Shown here: positions 51,892 to 62,361 of the stretch, one piece after another | Position numbering within the stretch: the stretch's first letter is position 1 | How the letters are laid out: each line of letters begins with the position of its first letter | Sequence record: LR597658 | From: Escherichia phage VpaE1_ev108 | DNA length: 64,000 nt | Direction: 5' to 3' (one strand) | Notes under the pieces: generated by a model | Databases searched by the model: none | The model's input: the letters and a program-made list of their open reading frames with translations, nothing else | Told to the model about the DNA's origin: nothing | Translations under genes and position numbers: made by a program

Positions 51892-51913
51892 AGGGGCTTT
51901 ATAGCCCCTTTTA
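51892..51913 (+). terminator. hairpin, weak terminator
   Basis: AGGGGCT-tta-TAGCCCCT followed by TTTTAAG. Confidence 0.35.
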
Positions 51914-51928
51914 AGAGGAAAATTTATA

Positions 51929-54280
51929 ATGGCAGATTACAAATTGAGTGAGCTAAACTCAATCGACACAATCCGTTCAGATGACCTTCTTCATGTCAGA
52001 GTTAAAAAGAGACCTGAAATGCTGGGTGATGAAGACCGTCGAATGACCTATCAAGATTTCTTAACATCTTTTAAGCTTGAAAGATTTGTTCAGATTGCTG
52101 GTAGCACTATGACGGGTGACTTAGGAATTGTTAAGCTACTTTACGGTGGCAAGGCTGTATTCGACCCCACAGGCTCTTCTGAGATTACTGTTGGTGATGT
52201 TTTAAAGACTTTTAAAATCAACGCAAACGGCCTTAAACTAACTATTGCAGACGCTTCAAGGTCGGCAACTGTTTATCATACTTTGAATAAGCCAAGCCCT
52301 AATGAACTTGGGATGAGAACTAATGAAGAGAATGACGCAAGGTATGCAAGACTAGCCGTGAATAATACCTTTAGAGGTACTCAAGCTATCCTCTCTGACA
52401 ATGAAGCGCTCATTATTAAAAATATCACTCAAGGTGCTCCACTCTATCTTCGTGGTCAAGATGCAGATGGTACTAACAGATGGTATCTAGGTAATGATAA
52501 TAGGGGTACAAATAATCTTGTATTGAAGAATGTAAAGTCTGACGTTTCAATTGCTATTTTAGAGAATTTGGTGACAGTCAACAGAACTCTTCAAATTGCT
52601 GGCCAAGTTCAGCCTTCAAGTTTTGCTAACTTAGATGCTAGGTATTTTACCCAGACAGCAGCTAATCAGAGATTTGCGCAGTTAGCTGGCAATAATACAT
52701 TTAGTGGTTCTAATATTTTCACTAATTTTGTTATTAAGAAGAATGCTAATGCTATTACTATTCAAAATGTAGATACAACTGCGGCTTTGTATATCCAAGC
52801 AAGGAAATCAGATGGAACTAATAAGTGGTACATTGGTAATGATGGTGATGAAAACATTGTAAACATCTATAACTATTTAGCAAAAACACAAATCTCATTA
52901 GGTAACACCATTACCATGAGCAGAACAGTCCAAATTGGTGGTCAAGTACAACCTTCTGATTGGACTAACATTGATTCTAGATATATTCCGGCAGCCACTT
53001 TGAGTAATCTCCCTAAACTTAATGTGTCTAATACTTTTACAAATGTGCAAACTATTGTATCTAACAACGAGGGTTTGGTATTAAGGAACTTGACACAGGG
53101 GCAGCCACTATATATCCGTGGTGTTGATACTGAGAATGTTTCTAGATGGTGGTTAGGTGTAGGTGGTCCAAACTCTAATGTGGTAACACTTAACAACAAC
53201 TATTCTGACACTAAAATCTCACTTGGTGGCTCATCAGTAATGACTAATAAGAGCTTAGCTATTACTGGTCAAGTACAACCTTCTGACTTCTCTAACTTAG
53301 ATGCTAGATACTATACCCAATCTGCCGCAAACGCAAGGTATATGCTTGCAAGTATCACTGGTACAGCTTCTGAAAAGGATGGTGATGGTGTTGCATGGGA
53401 TGCAAAAACAGGTCTTTATAAGGTTACTAACACCACTGGACAGTCTTCTTCACTTGTATATCACATGTTTTTAGGGACTAGTTCTACACCATCTGCACAA
53501 TTAAAGTTTTCGTTTAAAAATGGTGGGATGTGGTATAGAACATCAAGAGATGCCTATGGCTTCGAAGTTAATTGGTCTAAAGTTTACACGGAAGCACAAA
53601 AACCAACCCCTTCAGAGATTGGTGCATACACTAAAGCTGAAACTGACCAGAAAATTGCAACAGCAATTAGTGACTCTACAGACCTTAACAAAATCTATCC
53701 AGTTGGTATTGTAACGTGGTTTAACAGTAATGTTAACCCTAATACAGCACTCCCTGGTCTAACTTGGACGTACCTGAATAATGGTGTTGGTAGAACTATC
53801 AGAATCGCAGCAGCAAACGGTTCAGATGTTGCTACAACTGGTGGTTCAGATTCTGTGACATTAGCTGTTGGTAACTTACCATCACACACTCACAGTTTCT
53901 CTGCTACCACTTCATCTTTTGATTATGGTACGAAGAACACTAACAGTACTGGTGCACATACCCATTCAGTTAGTGGTACTGCTGCATCTGCTGGGCAACA
54001 CGCACACAGAATTTCACAGGGTGACAACGCTAACGTTTCATCAGGTAGAGTCGCATCTTCAAACTCTGCTCAGACCCATGTTGGTTGGACTGAAAATGAT
54101 GGTGTTCACACCCACTCAGTTAGTGGTACTGCTGCATCTGCTGGTGGACATGCTCACTCTGTAGGTATTGGTGCTCACAGCCACACAGTTAGTGGTAACA
54201 CTGGTGGTACAGGTTCTGGTTCAGCATTTAGTGTTACTAACCAGTTCTACAAGTTAATGGCTTGGGTAAGAACTGCTTAA
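51929..54280 (+). CDS. long tail fibre protein with internal repeats and C-terminal HxH array
   Basis: 783 aa; repeated blocks (..LYLRGQDADGTNRWYLGND.. / ..LYIQARKSDGTNKWYIGND.. / ..LYIRGVDTENVSRWWLGVG..); C-terminal HTHSFS, GAHTHSVSG, HAHSVGIGAHSHTVSG. Confidence 0.65.
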   Translation: MADYKLSELNSIDTIRSDDLLHVRVKKRPEMLGDEDRRMTYQDFLTSFKLERFVQIAGSTMTGDLGIVKLLYGGKAVFDPTGSSEITVGDVLKTFKINANGLKLTIADASRSATVYHTLNKPSPNELGMRTNEENDARYARLAVNNTFRGTQAILSDNEALIIKNITQGAPLYLRGQDADGTNRWYLGNDNRGTNNLVLKNVKSDVSIAILENLVTVNRTLQIAGQVQPSSFANLDARYFTQTAANQRFAQLAGNNTFSGSNIFTNFVIKKNANAITIQNVDTTAALYIQARKSDGTNKWYIGNDGDENIVNIYNYLAKTQISLGNTITMSRTVQIGGQVQPSDWTNIDSRYIPAATLSNLPKLNVSNTFTNVQTIVSNNEGLVLRNLTQGQPLYIRGVDTENVSRWWLGVGGPNSNVVTLNNNYSDTKISLGGSSVMTNKSLAITGQVQPSDFSNLDARYYTQSAANARYMLASITGTASEKDGDGVAWDAKTGLYKVTNTTGQSSSLVYHMFLGTSSTPSAQLKFSFKNGGMWYRTSRDAYGFEVNWSKVYTEAQKPTPSEIGAYTKAETDQKIATAISDSTDLNKIYPVGIVTWFNSNVNPNTALPGLTWTYLNNGVGRTIRIAAANGSDVATTGGSDSVTLAVGNLPSHTHSFSATTSSFDYGTKNTNSTGAHTHSVSGTAASAGQHAHRISQGDNANVSSGRVASSNSAQTHVGWTENDGVHTHSVSGTAASAGGHAHSVGIGAHSHTVSGNTGGTGSGSAFSVTNQFYKLMAWVRTA

Positions 54281-54359
54281 TCCCTTGTTGACTGATTGTT
54301 AAGATGGTGTTAATATTCTTTATGGGTATTCTCACCATCTTGGCTGATGAGGTGATTAA

Positions 54360-54554
54360 ATGCCTACAATCCTAGCAATTCTTCTAAAAAATCTAGGTAG
54401 CTTCTTCTGGAAACTCATTTTATCCCTCCTAAGTGAATACATGATTGAGAAAGTGTTCTTTAAGCTTGCAAGATACCTTGCGAGTAAAACAGACACACCT
54501 ATTGATGATGAGTTCGTAGATAACTTAGAAAAAGCTTTTAAGGGGGAGAAATAA
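54360..54554 (+). CDS. small membrane protein (holin-like?)
   Basis: 64 aa, hydrophobic N-terminus ILAILLKNLGSFFWKLILSLL, GAGGTG SD. Confidence 0.4.
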   Translation: MPTILAILLKNLGSFFWKLILSLLSEYMIEKVFFKLARYLASKTDTPIDDEFVDNLEKAFKGEK

Positions 54555-54926
54555 ATGAAGTGGCTAGAGGAAGCTTTTAAAAATAATATTGGTGCAATTG
54601 TAGTTGGTATTTTTAGTGTTATTGGGATGTATACCACTATGCAAGTTTCAAGTGGTAAACAAGAAGTGTCTGTCACAACAAAGTTACAGCAGCTAGATAA
54701 TTATTCCAAAAGTAACTATTCAGCTATTCGTGATTTACAGTCTGACATGAGACTGATTCAGCTAGGGATGGAGAACCAGAAAGTTCAGTTAGAGAATGTT
54801 AAGGGTGAAAACGCAAAACTTACCAAAACTCTTGATAAATTCTCTGACAGTGTGAATAATCTGGCTCAATCAGTATCAGCCCTCCAAGCTATTACTGAGA
54901 AGAACACAAAGAATACTGAAAAATAA
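54555..54926 (+). CDS. membrane-anchored coiled-coil protein
   Basis: N-terminal TM segment IGAIVVGIFSVIGMY followed by coiled coil; 123 aa. Confidence 0.45.
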   Translation: MKWLEEAFKNNIGAIVVGIFSVIGMYTTMQVSSGKQEVSVTTKLQQLDNYSKSNYSAIRDLQSDMRLIQLGMENQKVQLENVKGENAKLTKTLDKFSDSVNNLAQSVSALQAITEKNTKNTEK

Positions 54927-54931
54927 AATTT

Positions 54932-54960
54932 AAGGCTCCTTTTTACGGGAGCCTTTTTTG
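54932..54960. terminator. terminator hairpin between convergent blocks
   Basis: AGGCTCC-tttttacg-GGAGCCT followed by TTTTTTGTTTT on plus; AT-rich run on the other side. Confidence 0.6.
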
Positions 54961-54962
54961 TT

Positions 54963-55862
54963 TTACTTACCTACTGACAGAGGTGCTTCAATCTTCCCTG
55001 CATGTTGGTAGTTGTTAATGCCACCAATAAAATCACTTGCAGTAAGATGTTTTAAGTCACTTAAAGTGTTAAGTGGTAGCCCAATCTCAAAAGTAGGTGC
55101 ATGGAACTCTTCATTGTTCATCAGTTCATAAACCTGCTTCATATGGTTATGATAAATCTGAGTATCTCCAAAGACACCTATCAAGTATCGTGGAGTGTAT
55201 CCAGTCATCTTACAAAGAACTTCTAAGATGAAGCCATAAGACGCAATATTAAACGGAAGTCCTAAAAAGGTGTCTACAGAACGCTGATACCATTGTAAGT
55301 CAACTTCACCTTCATTAGTGATATAAATCTGAAACAGAACATGGCAAGGTGCTAAAGCCATCGAGTTAGCTGAAATATCTGCTGCATTCCAAGCATTAAC
55401 AAGCATGTAACGGTCTGTGATATCACCTTTCATCTTCGTTACTAAGGTTTCTAACTGGTCTACAACACAACCATTATGACCCTCAAAGTTTCTCCACTGA
55501 ACCCCGTAGATTCTACCACCTGCATCCTCTAACCAGTCTTGTTCAGAGGAATAATTAGAGCTTAACCAGCGTTTAAAATCATCTGACCAGATAGTCCAGC
55601 GTTCCCCATCATTTTCACCCCAAGTACGGTAACGAAGTTCACCAAGCTTATTCTCACCGTTCAGGAACCATAAAGCTTCCCCAATAACTTGCCGTGTAAA
55701 CACCTGTTTAGATGTTAAGAGTGGAAAACCAGTACGCATATCAAAGCGAAACTGTGGTGGAGCAAATGCAGAGATAACATCTCCAGTTCTTGTAGTACGC
55801 AGTTCACCAACGGATAAAACATGGTTCAGGATATTTTTGTAACTTGTATCTGCTTGTGACAT
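54963..55862 (-). CDS. thyA: thymidylate synthase
   Basis: 299 aa; conserved motifs EALWFLNGE, catalytic ALAPCHVLFQ, no interruption. Confidence 0.85.
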   Translation of the reverse strand: MSQADTSYKNILNHVLSVGELRTTRTGDVISAFAPPQFRFDMRTGFPLLTSKQVFTRQVIGEALWFLNGENKLGELRYRTWGENDGERWTIWSDDFKRWLSSNYSSEQDWLEDAGGRIYGVQWRNFEGHNGCVVDQLETLVTKMKGDITDRYMLVNAWNAADISANSMALAPCHVLFQIYITNEGEVDLQWYQRSVDTFLGLPFNIASYGFILEVLCKMTGYTPRYLIGVFGDTQIYHNHMKQVYELMNNEEFHAPTFEIGLPLNTLSDLKHLTASDFIGGINNYQHAGKIEAPLSVGK

Positions 55863-55863
55863 A

Positions 55864-56409
55864 TCAAAAGTGTCCTTTTACTTGTGGAACATAAATTTCA
55901 AAGGTTGCTTTACCATCCTCTGATGGTTTTGACTGTACCTTTGTAAATACACGGTTATCATACAGCTTCTCAAAGAAGTTTTCAAAAGGTAAATACACAG
56001 TGGCCTCTTCAGTAACTTTATGGAAAACTGTATGGAAAACTACACCAGCATATGGTAAAGCATTGACAAGGACACCTGCACCACCAATTACAAAGATATC
56101 TTCATCAATAGAGCTATCGAGATACTTCAAAAATGCTCCAAAGGATTCTTTGCTGGCCTTAGCATACATTACCTCATCTTTGCCAAAGTCTATGCCTAAG
56201 TATGGTACAGAGTTTGTTAAGATGAGGTTTGCACGTTCTGGTAAAGGTTTACTACCCAGAGTCTTGAAAGTCTCATTCCCCATTACTACTAAGTTGTTTT
56301 TAGTGAGTCTCTTAAACTCTTGCATATCCTGTTTATGTCGAGGCCACGGCATACCAGTTGGAGTACCAAACTCCCCATTTTCACCACTTGCAAAGATTAA
56401 TTTAATCAT
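55864..56409 (-). CDS. frd: dihydrofolate reductase
   Basis: 181 aa; MIKLIFASGENGEFG..GMPWPRHKQDMQEFKRLT..VVMGNETF; stop abuts thyA start. Confidence 0.8.
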   Translation of the reverse strand: MIKLIFASGENGEFGTPTGMPWPRHKQDMQEFKRLTKNNLVVMGNETFKTLGSKPLPERANLILTNSVPYLGIDFGKDEVMYAKASKESFGAFLKYLDSSIDEDIFVIGGAGVLVNALPYAGVVFHTVFHKVTEEATVYLPFENFFEKLYDNRVFTKVQSKPSEDGKATFEIYVPQVKGHF

Positions 56410-56666
56410 TTTGTAAATCCTTTCTTAATGAACCAGTTGATAACATTCTTCACAGCTTTATTGCTATGGTAGATTAAGTGTGGTGTAGGTTGGTATGAAC
56501 CATAAGCCCAGAAAGCAATGATTTCATTACATCCTGTACACCTTGTACTCTCTTCAGCAATATGACCGTTGACTATTTCACTTACCTCGCCTTGTAAGTC
56601 TGTACACCCACAATGTGGGCATCGGATAGGTGTTCCATCAGACTCATAGCAGTGTTCAATTTTCAT
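56406..56666 (-). CDS. small Cys-rich zinc-binding protein
   Basis: 86 aa; CPHCGC ... CTGC motifs. Confidence 0.45.
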   Translation of the reverse strand: MKIEHCYESDGTPIRCPHCGCTDLQGEVSEIVNGHIAEESTRCTGCNEIIAFWAYGSYQPTPHLIYHSNKAVKNVINWFIKKGFTK

Positions 56667-57182
56667 CTATTTAACCTCAAAAACTGGCTCAAGAACCAAT
56701 ATAAAGTCTACACAGTCATCTTCTTCATCCAGAATACCATCAAAGTTCTTAGGAACGAAGTCGAAGAGGCTCATCACAAAGCAGTCAGAAGTGACCTTGA
56801 TAGTTCCTCCCATGTTCTCTACAGTTAACACTGTACGACTTTCTTTTACCTCCCTCAGAAGATTACCCACAAAGTCATCTAAGAAGTACTTCATTAGTGA
56901 CTTAAAACCTTTAGGATAATCTGTACCAGAGTATGTTTCAATCTGAGGCACAAGCTTAACATTTATACTAGTCTTTGTTAAGAACGTGTTAGAGAACATA
57001 CTATCAGGTAACTTACAAACACTCTTTCCAGTACCTTCATGTTCAATCTCAACAAAACCAGCTTCGTCGCCACATGTAACTATTTTAAAAGATGCTTCAT
57101 TCTCATACTGTGAAGCCATAAACTTTTTAAGCATCTCTTTAAGGAAATCTGCATGAGCATCTTGTAAGTAGATATCAATCAT
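56667..57182 (-). CDS. hypothetical protein
   Basis: 171 aa ORF. Confidence 0.5.
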   Translation of the reverse strand: MIDIYLQDAHADFLKEMLKKFMASQYENEASFKIVTCGDEAGFVEIEHEGTGKSVCKLPDSMFSNTFLTKTSINVKLVPQIETYSGTDYPKGFKSLMKYFLDDFVGNLLREVKESRTVLTVENMGGTIKVTSDCFVMSLFDFVPKNFDGILDEEDDCVDFILVLEPVFEVK

Positions 57183-57195
57183 AGTTAATCACCTA

Positions 57196-57555
57196 TTATG
57201 GGAACAAACACTTAATGTCATCGTTTTTGAAAACGAAACTTGTGTAGTTATGACCATCAACATCCAACCAAACAGCCTGAACATCTACACCATCAAGATT
57301 CTGGTAAAGCTCTTTGATGAAGTGGTCTTTCACAATCTGGCTACTAGTGGTTTCCAGCTTGATGTTTGAGATTGCTGAACCTACAGCCATATAGCCCATG
57401 ACACGTTTCTTCTCAGTGTGCTTAATCTTACCATCTTTGTAAGCCATAATGAGATTGGAGAGAATCTTCACACCATAATACTTTTCAAGGTGAGTTGGTA
57501 CGCCATAAAAGCCTAATGCGAAGTTTTCAGAGTGGATAATGTTTTCACGTTTCAT
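57196..57555 (-). CDS. hypothetical protein
   Basis: 119 aa ORF. Confidence 0.5.
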   Translation of the reverse strand: MKRENIIHSENFALGFYGVPTHLEKYYGVKILSNLIMAYKDGKIKHTEKKRVMGYMAVGSAISNIKLETTSSQIVKDHFIKELYQNLDGVDVQAVWLDVDGHNYTSFVFKNDDIKCLFP

Positions 57556-57556
57556 A

Positions 57557-57856
57557 TTAATCTGCCAACCTTAAATTGAAATTAACACCAAATTTTTCAC
57601 ATACTTCCAACATATACTCAAGGGAGACGTTACCAGTGAGATGGATTATGTTGGATACACGAGCCTGAGAGATACCACAAATTTTAGCAACTTGCTCTTG
57701 AGAAAGACCTCTGGATTTAATCTCTCTCTTAAAACGATGTGCAACGAAGTCTCTCATTTCGTCTACATCCATTGGACAAATATAACTCTCCATTTCAGCC
57801 TCTCTATCAGCCTCCCAATCATCTTGTGGGGCATAAGGGTCAAAAACCTCATTCAT
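57557..57856 (-). CDS. XRE-type helix-turn-helix DNA-binding protein
   Basis: LSQEQVAKICGISQARVSNI HTH; start set to ATG 57856 (GGAAG SD) 2 nt after upstream stop. Confidence 0.55.
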   Translation of the reverse strand: MNEVFDPYAPQDDWEADREAEMESYICPMDVDEMRDFVAHRFKREIKSRGLSQEQVAKICGISQARVSNIIHLTGNVSLEYMLEVCEKFGVNFNLRLAD

Positions 57857-58061
57857 CTTTCTTCTTCCGTTTGCGTGAAGTGTCAATCAATGAATCTATG
57901 TTTGTAGCCCTAACCTTTTCACGTTCATCATTAAGATAATCATCAAGAGCCTTTTCAATCTGTGAATCATCTTGACAGATAACTGTAAAGACTGTAAATC
58001 CGTCTGTATCGTCAATTATCTTACCATAACCGCTTCTGGGATGTAACTTTTTAAGAGCCAT
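57849..58061 (-). CDS. hypothetical small protein coupled to HTH gene
   Basis: 70 aa ORF, Lys-rich C-terminus. Confidence 0.4.
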   Translation of the reverse strand: MALKKLHPRSGYGKIIDDTDGFTVFTVICQDDSQIEKALDDYLNDEREKVRATNIDSLIDTSRKRKKKDE

Positions 58062-58062
58062 A

Positions 58063-58446
58063 TCAAATACCTGTGCAGCTTCTATTTTCTAAGAAATACT
58101 CCACACCATACATAGCTTTTTGCATCAAATCTTCTTTAAACTGAATACGATGATTGAGCATAGTCTGTACATCAATATCGTCATGGTGTTTCTCTTTAAT
58201 ACTTGCAGATTGCAGGAAATACTCTGCAAGAACACGATACTGGTAGTCAGTCACCTTATCGGTCATCTCTGTCAAAGACTCTTCAGAGATTGGTTTAAGT
58301 AGCTCACCATTAGCTAGGGCAACACCTTTTACAATCTGGCAAGTGTCTTCTGGAACACCTGATAAGTCCACATTTGGAAGTTCTGTTGCATTGACTGGTA
58401 AATTCATTGCCATAACCATTGCAGCAGCTAATAAAATCTTTTTCAT
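58063..58446 (-). CDS. secreted/periplasmic protein
   Basis: signal peptide MKKILLAAAMVMAMNLPVNA; 127 aa. Confidence 0.5.
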   Translation of the reverse strand: MKKILLAAAMVMAMNLPVNATELPNVDLSGVPEDTCQIVKGVALANGELLKPISEESLTEMTDKVTDYQYRVLAEYFLQSASIKEKHHDDIDVQTMLNHRIQFKEDLMQKAMYGVEYFLENRSCTGI

Positions 58447-58555
58447 AATGACCTCAAAGTTATATTAAATTTTGTATTACATTGAGTATAAAAATAAGCT
58501 ATAACACCTGACTTGTCAACAGATTTTATAGCTTATTTGGCAGATTTTTTATAAG

Positions 58556-58800
58556 GCTACTGCCATCCTTCCATACATTACCTTACCACACCTAACCATA
58601 CCTAACCAAACTACACCATACAATACCTTGTTAAAAGACCCTTTTAAAGACCTTTTAAAAAGGTAAGTCTCATTTTAATGTAGCTGAGACTAACTACCCA
58701 CACCAGACCCTACCTTACCACACCAGACCTCACCCTACCCCACCATACCGTATACTACCTCATTAAAAGACCCTGTTTAAAGACCTTTTAAAAAGGAGCC
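58556..58800. repeat. long direct repeat LR1 (~250 bp) with 70 bp core shared with LR2
   Basis: core 58631-58700 near-identical to 60023-60093; core motif AAGACCCTNTTTAAAGACCTTTTAAAAAGG present twice in LR1; CA-rich degenerate flanks. Confidence 0.7.
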
Positions 58801-58815
58801 TCCGAAGAGGCTGCC
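58790..58815 (-). terminator. intrinsic terminator (minus strand)
   Basis: minus-strand GCAGCCTC-ttcg-GAGGCTCC hairpin followed by TTTTTAAAAGG. Confidence 0.5.
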
Positions 58816-58823
58816 TAGTCAAC

Positions 58824-59264
58824 TTAGAAAGGTTTTCTACGTTGCTTGTTAATGTTAGCTTTCATAGCAGCTAAATGGTTTTGCTGTTCAATCAGTCGTG
58901 AACGTTCTTGATGACTAAGTGCCATAGTGTTCACATTCTCAATTGCTTGAGTGGCTTGCTTTAAAGCACGACCAATCTTACCAGACATTTTGCGTTTTGC
59001 AATAGTTGCTTGATGCTTAGGTTCAACCAAACGATAACCAACACCCATTGAAGCAACCAGATAAATCTTCTCTTCTTTAAGAAGTTTCTCAATAAACTTC
59101 TCAAGTCGGTTTAGACGTGTAAGTGCATAAGCCTTCATTTCATCTTCGTACTTAACAATGTCACCTTGATAAGTTGGCTTCACAATACCTAAGAAGGTGT
59201 CCATCTCGGAATGTGATACAGTGTCACCGTAACTAAACTTTGCTGCTAATGCTTTTGTATTCAT
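58824..59264 (-). CDS. hypothetical protein with basic C-terminus
   Basis: 146 aa ORF bracketed by LR1/LR2. Confidence 0.5.
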   Translation of the reverse strand: MNTKALAAKFSYGDTVSHSEMDTFLGIVKPTYQGDIVKYEDEMKAYALTRLNRLEKFIEKLLKEEKIYLVASMGVGYRLVEPKHQATIAKRKMSGKIGRALKQATQAIENVNTMALSHQERSRLIEQQNHLAAMKANINKQRRKPF

Positions 59265-59266
59265 AA

Positions 59267-59872
<606 letters not shown>

Positions 59873-59946
59873 TTAGTTGATTGTTAAGTTGTTTGTAAAG
59901 AACCCTCAACAGAAGACTCTTTAGAAACTTGGTAGATTTTTAACGT

Positions 59947-60185
59947 GGCTACTACCATCCACCCATACTTTACCTAACCAAGCCGAACATCACACAACCA
60001 GACCGAGCCGCACCCCGCCTTATTAAAAGACCCTCTTTAAAGACCTTTTAAAAAGGTAAGTCTCATTTTAATGTAGCTGAGACTAACTACCCATACCCTA
60101 CTTTACCTTACCGTACAGTACTTTACCCGACCACACCGGACAATACTTAACCCTACCTCACCCGACCGGACATCACTTAAAAACC
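59947..60185. repeat. long direct repeat LR2
   Basis: GGCTACTACCATCC ... core 60023-60093 matching LR1; CA/CG-rich degenerate flanks. Confidence 0.7.
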
Positions 60186-60423
60186 CTTTTCAAAGACTCT
60201 TAAGTGATGCTGGTGAGTACCCGTTGGTTTATGATGCTCAGTATACTCACCAAATTTTCTATGTCAACAACTTTTATAAAAAAGTTCTGATAGCTATATG
60301 CGTCACGAAACAAAAGATTGTAAACAAGACACCCATTGCAAAAGATGTGTCCAAAAGCTTACTTGCAACGTATGACAATACAAAGACAACCAGTATAAAT
60401 AGAATGACTGTACTGAACATAGT

Positions 60424-61524
60424 TTACTCATAATCCCTAATAACTAGCCCTACAGGAAACTGTAAAGAACCTTTACGAGTCATCTTCTGGAACTGAACAG
60501 TTAAAGGTTTCCCGATAAACTCTTCAGGATGTTCAGCAAGATACTGTTTCTTCTCGTGTGTAGTTTTCCATGAAACATCTACAAAGACGTTAGGAAGAGT
60601 CTCTACAACGAACTTGCCATGACCACGCTTATCGGTCTTTACACCAGTCACTTTAAACTCTTCAGTGTGCATCTTCTTGTGCTTAATCAAGAAGTATGAA
60701 CGGTGACAACACTCATAGAAGGAGTCTTCAGAGATTGAACGGTACATTGCACCTTCAAACTTAGCTTCAACCCACTTATCATGAGCTTCATCAAACTCTT
60801 CCCAAGAATTTACACGGATAGTCTGTACAGGAACCACTCTACAGGTATCCCCAATCTCAACAATGGGTGAGTTATCAATAACTTCACGACGCTCAGGCCA
60901 AGATTTTGAATTGTCACAGATATCATACCAGTAGAATTTAAGAAGGTGACGGTCTGGATTGTCAGCATTCTTAATCATAGAGACAATATCTTCTAAGTCC
61001 CAACCATGAGCATAAATCTCACCATCAAAGTCTTCAACTTGTGGATGTAATTTAAGCAACAAAAGCAAATCTGGAATTAGTTCTGCTGGAACGTTGTAAA
61101 CAGTATTCTCACGAGAATAAGCTGTGAAGCTAACTGAATCAGCATCTCTTGAAATTCTACAACGAACACCATCAAGTTTTGGTTGAGCATCAGCAGGAAA
61201 TTTCAAATACTTTGCATGACTAACCTTTGCAGCATCATGAGCAAGCTGTACACCTACCTTCTCAGTATTCTGTGCAGACTCTTTTGTGTAAGCATAACCT
61301 TTACGGTCAACTTGCTTTTTATACTTAGCAGCAACTTCAAAGAGGGCTTGCTGTTCAGCATTACGCTCATTCTTTTTACCGATGTTTTTAGGCTCTGCTG
61401 TATACTCTTCAAACATCATCTTGCCATTTTCTTTACCGTAGGTTGTAATAACTTTGTCACCTACAGCAACGCATGACCAGACGTTGAAAGAGCCATCTTT
61501 ATTTTGTTTGTACAGAATTGTCAT
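60424..61524 (-). CDS. ATP-dependent DNA ligase
   Basis: 366 aa; adenylation motif I KLDGVRC, FDGEIYAHG (motif III/IV-like), size like T7-type ligases. Confidence 0.75.
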   Translation of the reverse strand: MTILYKQNKDGSFNVWSCVAVGDKVITTYGKENGKMMFEEYTAEPKNIGKKNERNAEQQALFEVAAKYKKQVDRKGYAYTKESAQNTEKVGVQLAHDAAKVSHAKYLKFPADAQPKLDGVRCRISRDADSVSFTAYSRENTVYNVPAELIPDLLLLLKLHPQVEDFDGEIYAHGWDLEDIVSMIKNADNPDRHLLKFYWYDICDNSKSWPERREVIDNSPIVEIGDTCRVVPVQTIRVNSWEEFDEAHDKWVEAKFEGAMYRSISEDSFYECCHRSYFLIKHKKMHTEEFKVTGVKTDKRGHGKFVVETLPNVFVDVSWKTTHEKKQYLAEHPEEFIGKPLTVQFQKMTRKGSLQFPVGLVIRDYE

Positions 61525-61727
61525 TTTCTCTTACCACCAATCTCTACGTCGATAACTTGAACATCGCCAGCAACATCAAACTTATGTATGATGCTTTCCA
61601 CAGTATAAGTCCAACCATCAATGCGAACCATCTCACCTTCTCGTGGAACTATTGGATTACGTTGAGCTACAGTTGTAGTGGAGTGAACAACATCATAACG
61701 ATAGATATAGTTTACTAATACTTCCAT
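61521..61727 (-). CDS. hypothetical small protein
   Basis: start moved to ATG 61727 (GAGGT SD), just below upstream stop; ORF-track start 61826 overlaps lipoprotein gene by 89 nt. Confidence 0.45.
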   Translation of the reverse strand: MEVLVNYIYRYDVVHSTTTVAQRNPIVPREGEMVRIDGWTYTVESIIHKFDVAGDVQVIDVEIGGKRK

Positions 61728-61737
61728 CGTTAAAACC

Positions 61738-61995
61738 TCACTCAATAACCGTAGTATGTGATTGACCATTTTTGCCATAGCTATAAGATGTTGTTGTTTG
61801 AGAGTTTGGGCATCTGACAACAACAATATCTCTGCTTATAGCATCACCATTGAGTTTGTAGATTTTGCAGTCTTGCATCTCTGGAGGGAGGCTGTAAGAA
61901 GCATCTTTGTTTTCATAAGATGGGTTGCAGCCAGCCAGAAAAATTACTCCAAGTGCAACCATTGCTTTCACACAACTCTTAACCTTATTGTTCAC
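61738..61995 (-). CDS. small lipoprotein
   Basis: lipobox MVALGVIFLAGC; 85 aa. Confidence 0.55.
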   Translation of the reverse strand: MNNKVKSCVKAMVALGVIFLAGCNPSYENKDASYSLPPEMQDCKIYKLNGDAISRDIVVVRCPNSQTTTSYSYGKNGQSHTTVIE

Positions 61996-62127
61996 GATAG
62001 TCTACCTCTCTGTATGTTTTTAAATAGTGAGTGATGAGTTCTGGTAATTCACTACGTTTAACGTTTGAACGAAGAAGTGTCCAGTCAAAACCTTTACCAA
62101 CCCTTCCCCAGAGACTGTACATTTTCT

Positions 62128-62361
62128 TCATAGCAACTCCAGAATATCAATACGTTCGCCTTTGAGTACTCCAGTACGGTCTTTTGCAATCTTACCGTCA
62201 ACGATAAGGATGTGTGTAGACCTTAAAGCATCGTTGTTAAAGGTTTTTACGAACTTGCTAGGCATGACTACAATGGACATCTCCTGAATTAACTCTGGAG
62301 TGTAGCAGTTATCATGAAGTTGCTGAATAACGTCTGCAAGTGTCATTTTTGATGTCTCCAA
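62128..62361 (-). CDS. hypothetical small protein
   Basis: 77 aa ORF. Confidence 0.45.
   Translation of the reverse strand: METSKMTLADVIQQLHDNCYTPELIQEMSIVVMPSKFVKTFNNDALRSTHILIVDGKIAKDRTGVLKGERIDILELL

Noticed and set aside
54963-55862. Group I intron in thymidylate synthase, as in T4 td
   Set aside because: The ORF is continuous at 299 aa with all conserved motifs including the catalytic Cys; no interruption.
60224-60433. 69 aa plus-strand ORF
   Set aside because: Lies on the opposite strand inside LR2 and the ligase 3' flank; no SD; spurious.
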